Below are positions 36,579 to 39,954 of a stretch of DNA of 39,954 nt, piece by piece. The number at the start of each line of letters is the position of its first letter. The first letter of the stretch is position 1. The DNA lies in sequence record SRR20825019_1579. One strand, given 5' to 3'. Position numbers and translations under genes: made by a program. The notes under the pieces are model-generated. The model ran no database searches, was not told where the DNA came from, and saw nothing but the letters and a program-made list of their open reading frames with translations.

Positions 36579-38354
36579 ATGCATTTAAAAACTACACGTT
36601 TAACTTATATATTTATTGTTTTGGGTGCCTTTTTTCTGGGACAAATTACTTGGTCTCAAGAACAAAAGGAGGAACAGAAAGATGACCAACCACCTAAAAA
36701 AGAATCTCTTTTTGAAGATGATGCTAATTATCAAAGCAATCCTATTGGAGATTTTAATGAAGCCTATTACATTGTAGATCGTTTAAATGAACAAATAGGC
36801 TTATCTCCTAGTGAATATAATTTACAGACGCCACAGGCTACCTTAGAGCATTTTATAGTTAGCTGCAGAAACAAGGAATTTGATAAAGCCATTTATGCAC
36901 TTAATTTTAATTTATTTCCAAAATCACTTACAAAAGAAGATGCAGCAATCTTAGCTGAAAAATTATACTTTGTAATAAACCAAAGAGTAAATATAGATTG
37001 GGATAATTTATCAGACAGACCAGATGGCCAAATAGACATTAGTACGACTACAAACAGTGCAGTTGCAGGCGCTCCAAGACGTAGTTTGGTATTTGGAGAA
37101 GTAGATTATAAAGGCCGTGATATTGTATTACGATTGCAGCGTGTTAGGTATAAAAATTATGGAGCTTTTTGGTTAATATCTGCTAATACAACAGATAATA
37201 TTGAGAATATGTACGCTCAATATGGCCCTAGAGAGTTAGATCTTATGATGCCCAATTGGGCTCGTGTACAATTTTTAAATGTCCCTGTTTGGAAAGTTGT
37301 TGGTACTATCCTACTTATTGTAATCGCATATTTTTTAGCAAGATTTATATACTTTCTAGTTTGTAAGATTTGTAAAAACTCAAAAAGATATTGGATTAAA
37401 AGCATTTCCGATAAGCTTGCAAAGCCAGTAGCTATAACTATAGCGGTTTTATTTTTCTATATAACCTTAAATAAGCTTATCTCCTTCTCTGGCGCATTGG
37501 CAACTGTTATATATACAAGTCTCTTAATTGTAGTTGTAGGATCTATCACTTGGTTTATAATGCAATTTATAGATTACTTAATGCTGTATGTAGCAGACAG
37601 AAAAGTTGGTGATGTCTCTGAAGAAGAAAATGAAGAGTCTAGAAAATTACTTACCTATATTTCTGTAGCTAGGCGATTAATTACCTTCTTGGTAATTATA
37701 ATTGGCGGTTACATCATACTCTCACAATTTAGATCCTTAGAAAAGTTAGGTATCTCCTTATTAGCATCTGCAGGTGTAGCAACGGTTATTATTGGTGTTG
37801 CGGCACAAAGTACGTTAGGTAATATTATTGCTGGATTACAAATAGCATTTACAAAACCTGTTAGAGTTGGTGATACTGTAATTATTGAAGATGATTGGGG
37901 CTATGTAGAAGACATTAAGTTTACATTTATGGTAGTAAGAACTTGGGATTTACGAAGATTGGTAGTGCCGCTTAAATATGTAATTTCAAATACGTTTGAA
38001 AACTGGTCTATGACAAGCTCACATCAAATAAGGCCTATTTATTTACAAGCTGATTATAGAACAGATGTTTCTAAAGTTAGAAGTAAGTTTAAGGAATTGT
38101 TGGAGGACCATGAAGATTGGGACCAAGATCATCCACCAGTTGTTCAAGTTACAGATATGAGTGACAAAACTATTACTATAAGAGCCCTTTGTAGTGCAAA
38201 AGATGCCTCTTCTACTTGGGATTTACATTGCAGCCTTAGAGAAGATTTGGTACGTTATATTTGCGACTTAGAAGATGGCGTCTACTTAGCAAAATCCAGA
38301 GTTGAAAATGTTGGAAATAGCGGTGAGGTTACTGGCGAAGAATCAATTGATTAA
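36579..38354 (+). CDS. MscS family mechanosensitive channel with periplasmic N-terminal domain
   Basis: LLASAGVATVIIGVAAQSTLGNIIAGLQI, KPVRVGD, GYVEDI, FENWS; ATG 36579 preferred. Confidence 0.93.
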   Translation: MHLKTTRLTYIFIVLGAFFLGQITWSQEQKEEQKDDQPPKKESLFEDDANYQSNPIGDFNEAYYIVDRLNEQIGLSPSEYNLQTPQATLEHFIVSCRNKEFDKAIYALNFNLFPKSLTKEDAAILAEKLYFVINQRVNIDWDNLSDRPDGQIDISTTTNSAVAGAPRRSLVFGEVDYKGRDIVLRLQRVRYKNYGAFWLISANTTDNIENMYAQYGPRELDLMMPNWARVQFLNVPVWKVVGTILLIVIAYFLARFIYFLVCKICKNSKRYWIKSISDKLAKPVAITIAVLFFYITLNKLISFSGALATVIYTSLLIVVVGSITWFIMQFIDYLMLYVADRKVGDVSEEENEESRKLLTYISVARRLITFLVIIIGGYIILSQFRSLEKLGISLLASAGVATVIIGVAAQSTLGNIIAGLQIAFTKPVRVGDTVIIEDDWGYVEDIKFTFMVVRTWDLRRLVVPLKYVISNTFENWSMTSSHQIRPIYLQADYRTDVSKVRSKFKELLEDHEDWDQDHPPVVQVTDMSDKTITIRALCSAKDASSTWDLHCSLREDLVRYICDLEDGVYLAKSRVENVGNSGEVTGEESID

Positions 38355-38389
38355 TACATTTAAGTAAACAACTATAACTAACTATTATA

Positions 38390-38923
38390 TTGAGATTTAC
38401 ACTTTATATATTTAAAGGATTACATTACGCATTTATTGTAGCGGTCTTGGCAGAAAGATCTCAAAGTACCTATCATTTAATTGCCATAATTATAGCCCTA
38501 TTTCTTATTGCATATACTTATAAACATACACCAATAAAAAAGGTTACCTATACATTTTCTGATGCATTAAATGTTGTATTTGTATTACTTGGCGCATTGG
38601 CCACTTTTGCACTTAGCGTAGAAACCAGTCTCAATACTGTATTTGTTGCTAGTGCATTAGGACTTTTAGGCGCTTTTATCCCAAAACATAAATTATTTAA
38701 AGAAGCACCTGCAGCATTGTATTGTGGTACATTTATAGGAATGACGTCTACTTTAGTTGCTAATGATTATTTATTCATTGTATTTGCAGGAGCACTTGGC
38801 GGGTTGGTTTATATTATTGCCAAACCCTTTTTAAATGGTTTTGGTGGAAAGCTTGGCACAATTGCATTTGGTGGTGTTGCTTTTGCTACATTATTTATAT
38901 ACCTCACAAACCTAGTTTATTAA
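38390..38923 (+). CDS. Membrane protein of unknown function
   Basis: Hydrophobic helices; YCGTFIGM and GFGGKLGTIAF motifs; TTG start uncertain. Confidence 0.75.
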   Translation: MRFTLYIFKGLHYAFIVAVLAERSQSTYHLIAIIIALFLIAYTYKHTPIKKVTYTFSDALNVVFVLLGALATFALSVETSLNTVFVASALGLLGAFIPKHKLFKEAPAALYCGTFIGMTSTLVANDYLFIVFAGALGGLVYIIAKPFLNGFGGKLGTIAFGGVAFATLFIYLTNLVY

Positions 38924-39321
38924 TGTTTGAAATAATACTATTATTAACGGGAACAATTGCAGCTCTCTCAACTTTTATAGCTAATCACACCTTAAAATTA
39001 GGAGCCGTAAAAGCTTCTGCTGGCTTATCTTTTATAGTCGCACTATTGTGTCTTCTTTTTGATGATATATTTAAAGAAGACTTAGCAATGCAAATACAAC
39101 TTGTATTTTTTGGAGCTTCCTTTGTAGGTATGGTTTCAAAAGAAATAATTTCTAAACATTATCTCGTAGGTTTAGGTGGTCTTGTATTTTCTGCTATTTA
39201 CTTAAATACAAGTTATTTTTTTGAAGGTTTTGGTGGTGCTTTAGGTACAACCGCTTGCATTTCTGTAATTATAGTTTTTGGATTACGTATAATTTTTAAA
39301 CAAAAGAATACAGAAGGCTAA
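38923..39321 (+). CDS. Membrane protein of unknown function, paralog-like partner of the upstream gene
   Basis: FFGASFVGM and GFGGALGTTA motifs; TAATG overlap with the upstream gene. Confidence 0.75.
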   Translation: MFEIILLLTGTIAALSTFIANHTLKLGAVKASAGLSFIVALLCLLFDDIFKEDLAMQIQLVFFGASFVGMVSKEIISKHYLVGLGGLVFSAIYLNTSYFFEGFGGALGTTACISVIIVFGLRIIFKQKNTEG

Positions 39322-39324
39322 CTC

Positions 39325-39954
39325 CTAAGGCAACCATTTCTTATCAAAGTTAGGTTTACGTTTTTCGAGAAATGCATCTCTTCCTTCTTTAGCTTCATCT
39401 GTCATATATGCTAAACGAGTAGCTTCTCCTGCAAAAACCTGCTGTCCTACCATACCATCATCTGTAAGATTCATAGCAAATTTTAGCATTTTTATAGATG
39501 TAGGGCTTTTTGCAAGCACTTCTTGCGCCCATTCAAAAGCTGTTTGCTCTAAATCTGCATGTGGAACAACGGCATTAACCATTCCCATTTCAAAAGCTTC
39601 TTGTGCAGAGTAGTTTCTTCCTAAAAAGAAAATTTCTCTAGCTTTTTTCTGTCCTACCATTTTTGCTAAGTAAGCAGAACCATAGCCACCATCAAAGCTA
39701 GTAACATCTGCATCTGTTTGTTTAAATATGGCGTGTTCTTTACTTGCTAAAGTCATATCACAAACTACATGTAAACTATGACCACCACCAACAGCCCAAC
39801 CAGGAACAACACATATTACTGCTTTTGGCATAAACCTAATGAGGCGTTGTACCTCTAAGATATTTAATCTATGATAGCCATCTTGACCAACATAACCTTG
39901 ATGTCCTCTAGCCTTTTGGTCTCCACCACTACAAAAACTATACACACCATCTTT
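39325..39954 (-). CDS. menB: 1,4-dihydroxy-2-naphthoyl-CoA synthase (5' part outside the window)
   Basis: FCSGGDQ, GWAVGGGH, SFDGGYG, EAKEGRDAFLEKRKP; frame open to the window edge. Confidence 0.96.
   Translation of the reverse strand, partial: KDGVYSFCSGGDQKARGHQGYVGQDGYHRLNILEVQRLIRFMPKAVICVVPGWAVGGGHSLHVVCDMTLASKEHAIFKQTDADVTSFDGGYGSAYLAKMVGQKKAREIFFLGRNYSAQEAFEMGMVNAVVPHADLEQTAFEWAQEVLAKSPTSIKMLKFAMNLTDDGMVGQQVFAGEATRLAYMTDEAKEGRDAFLEKRKPNFDKKWLP

Noticed and set aside
9256-37405. Short overlapping ORFs in the track (9256, 12500, 14201, 16689, 20456, 21633, 25694, 28983, 29286, 29720, 32006, 32510, 34982, 36391, 37217)
   Set aside because: All overlap well-supported genes, antisense or out of frame, some crossing terminators, and none has a recognisable motif.
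1-39954. CRISPR arrays, tRNA/rRNA, IS elements, defence or toxin-antitoxin systems
   Set aside because: No regularly spaced repeats, RNA gene signatures or matching protein motifs were seen; intergenic gaps are short and mostly explained.

Overview
AT-rich chromosomal window from a Bacteroidota bacterium, most likely Flavobacteriaceae. This is inferred from porQ, TAnnTTTG promoters, Gln at +1 after signal peptides and a fused E1 alpha/beta dehydrogenase. Most of it is housekeeping, metabolic and stress genes (cmk, porQ, hisS, rlmF, recG, hpf, menB, peptidases, TerC pair, MscS). I saw no rRNA, tRNA, CRISPR array or transposase. The main finding is a four-gene operon at 3626-8190 with the architecture of a non-classical chaperone-usher pilus system, unexpected in a phylum whose characterised pili are type V. 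It encodes a DUF4402-like major pilin with a donor-strand-like N-terminus, a PapD-like chaperone, a second pilin lacking that N-terminus, and an 878-aa usher-like protein; an internal terminator follows the major pilin. It shares an upstream motif with a nearby GGAI/FxxN-repeat adhesin gene missed by the ORF track. Other findings: five GTTTAC-N4-GTAAAC palindromes beside an XRE regulator, a candidate structured sRNA between two terC genes, a CTG start for rlmF, an unannotated 45-aa membrane protein and several apparently leaderless genes. All family assignments come from motif recognition by eye; no searches were run.
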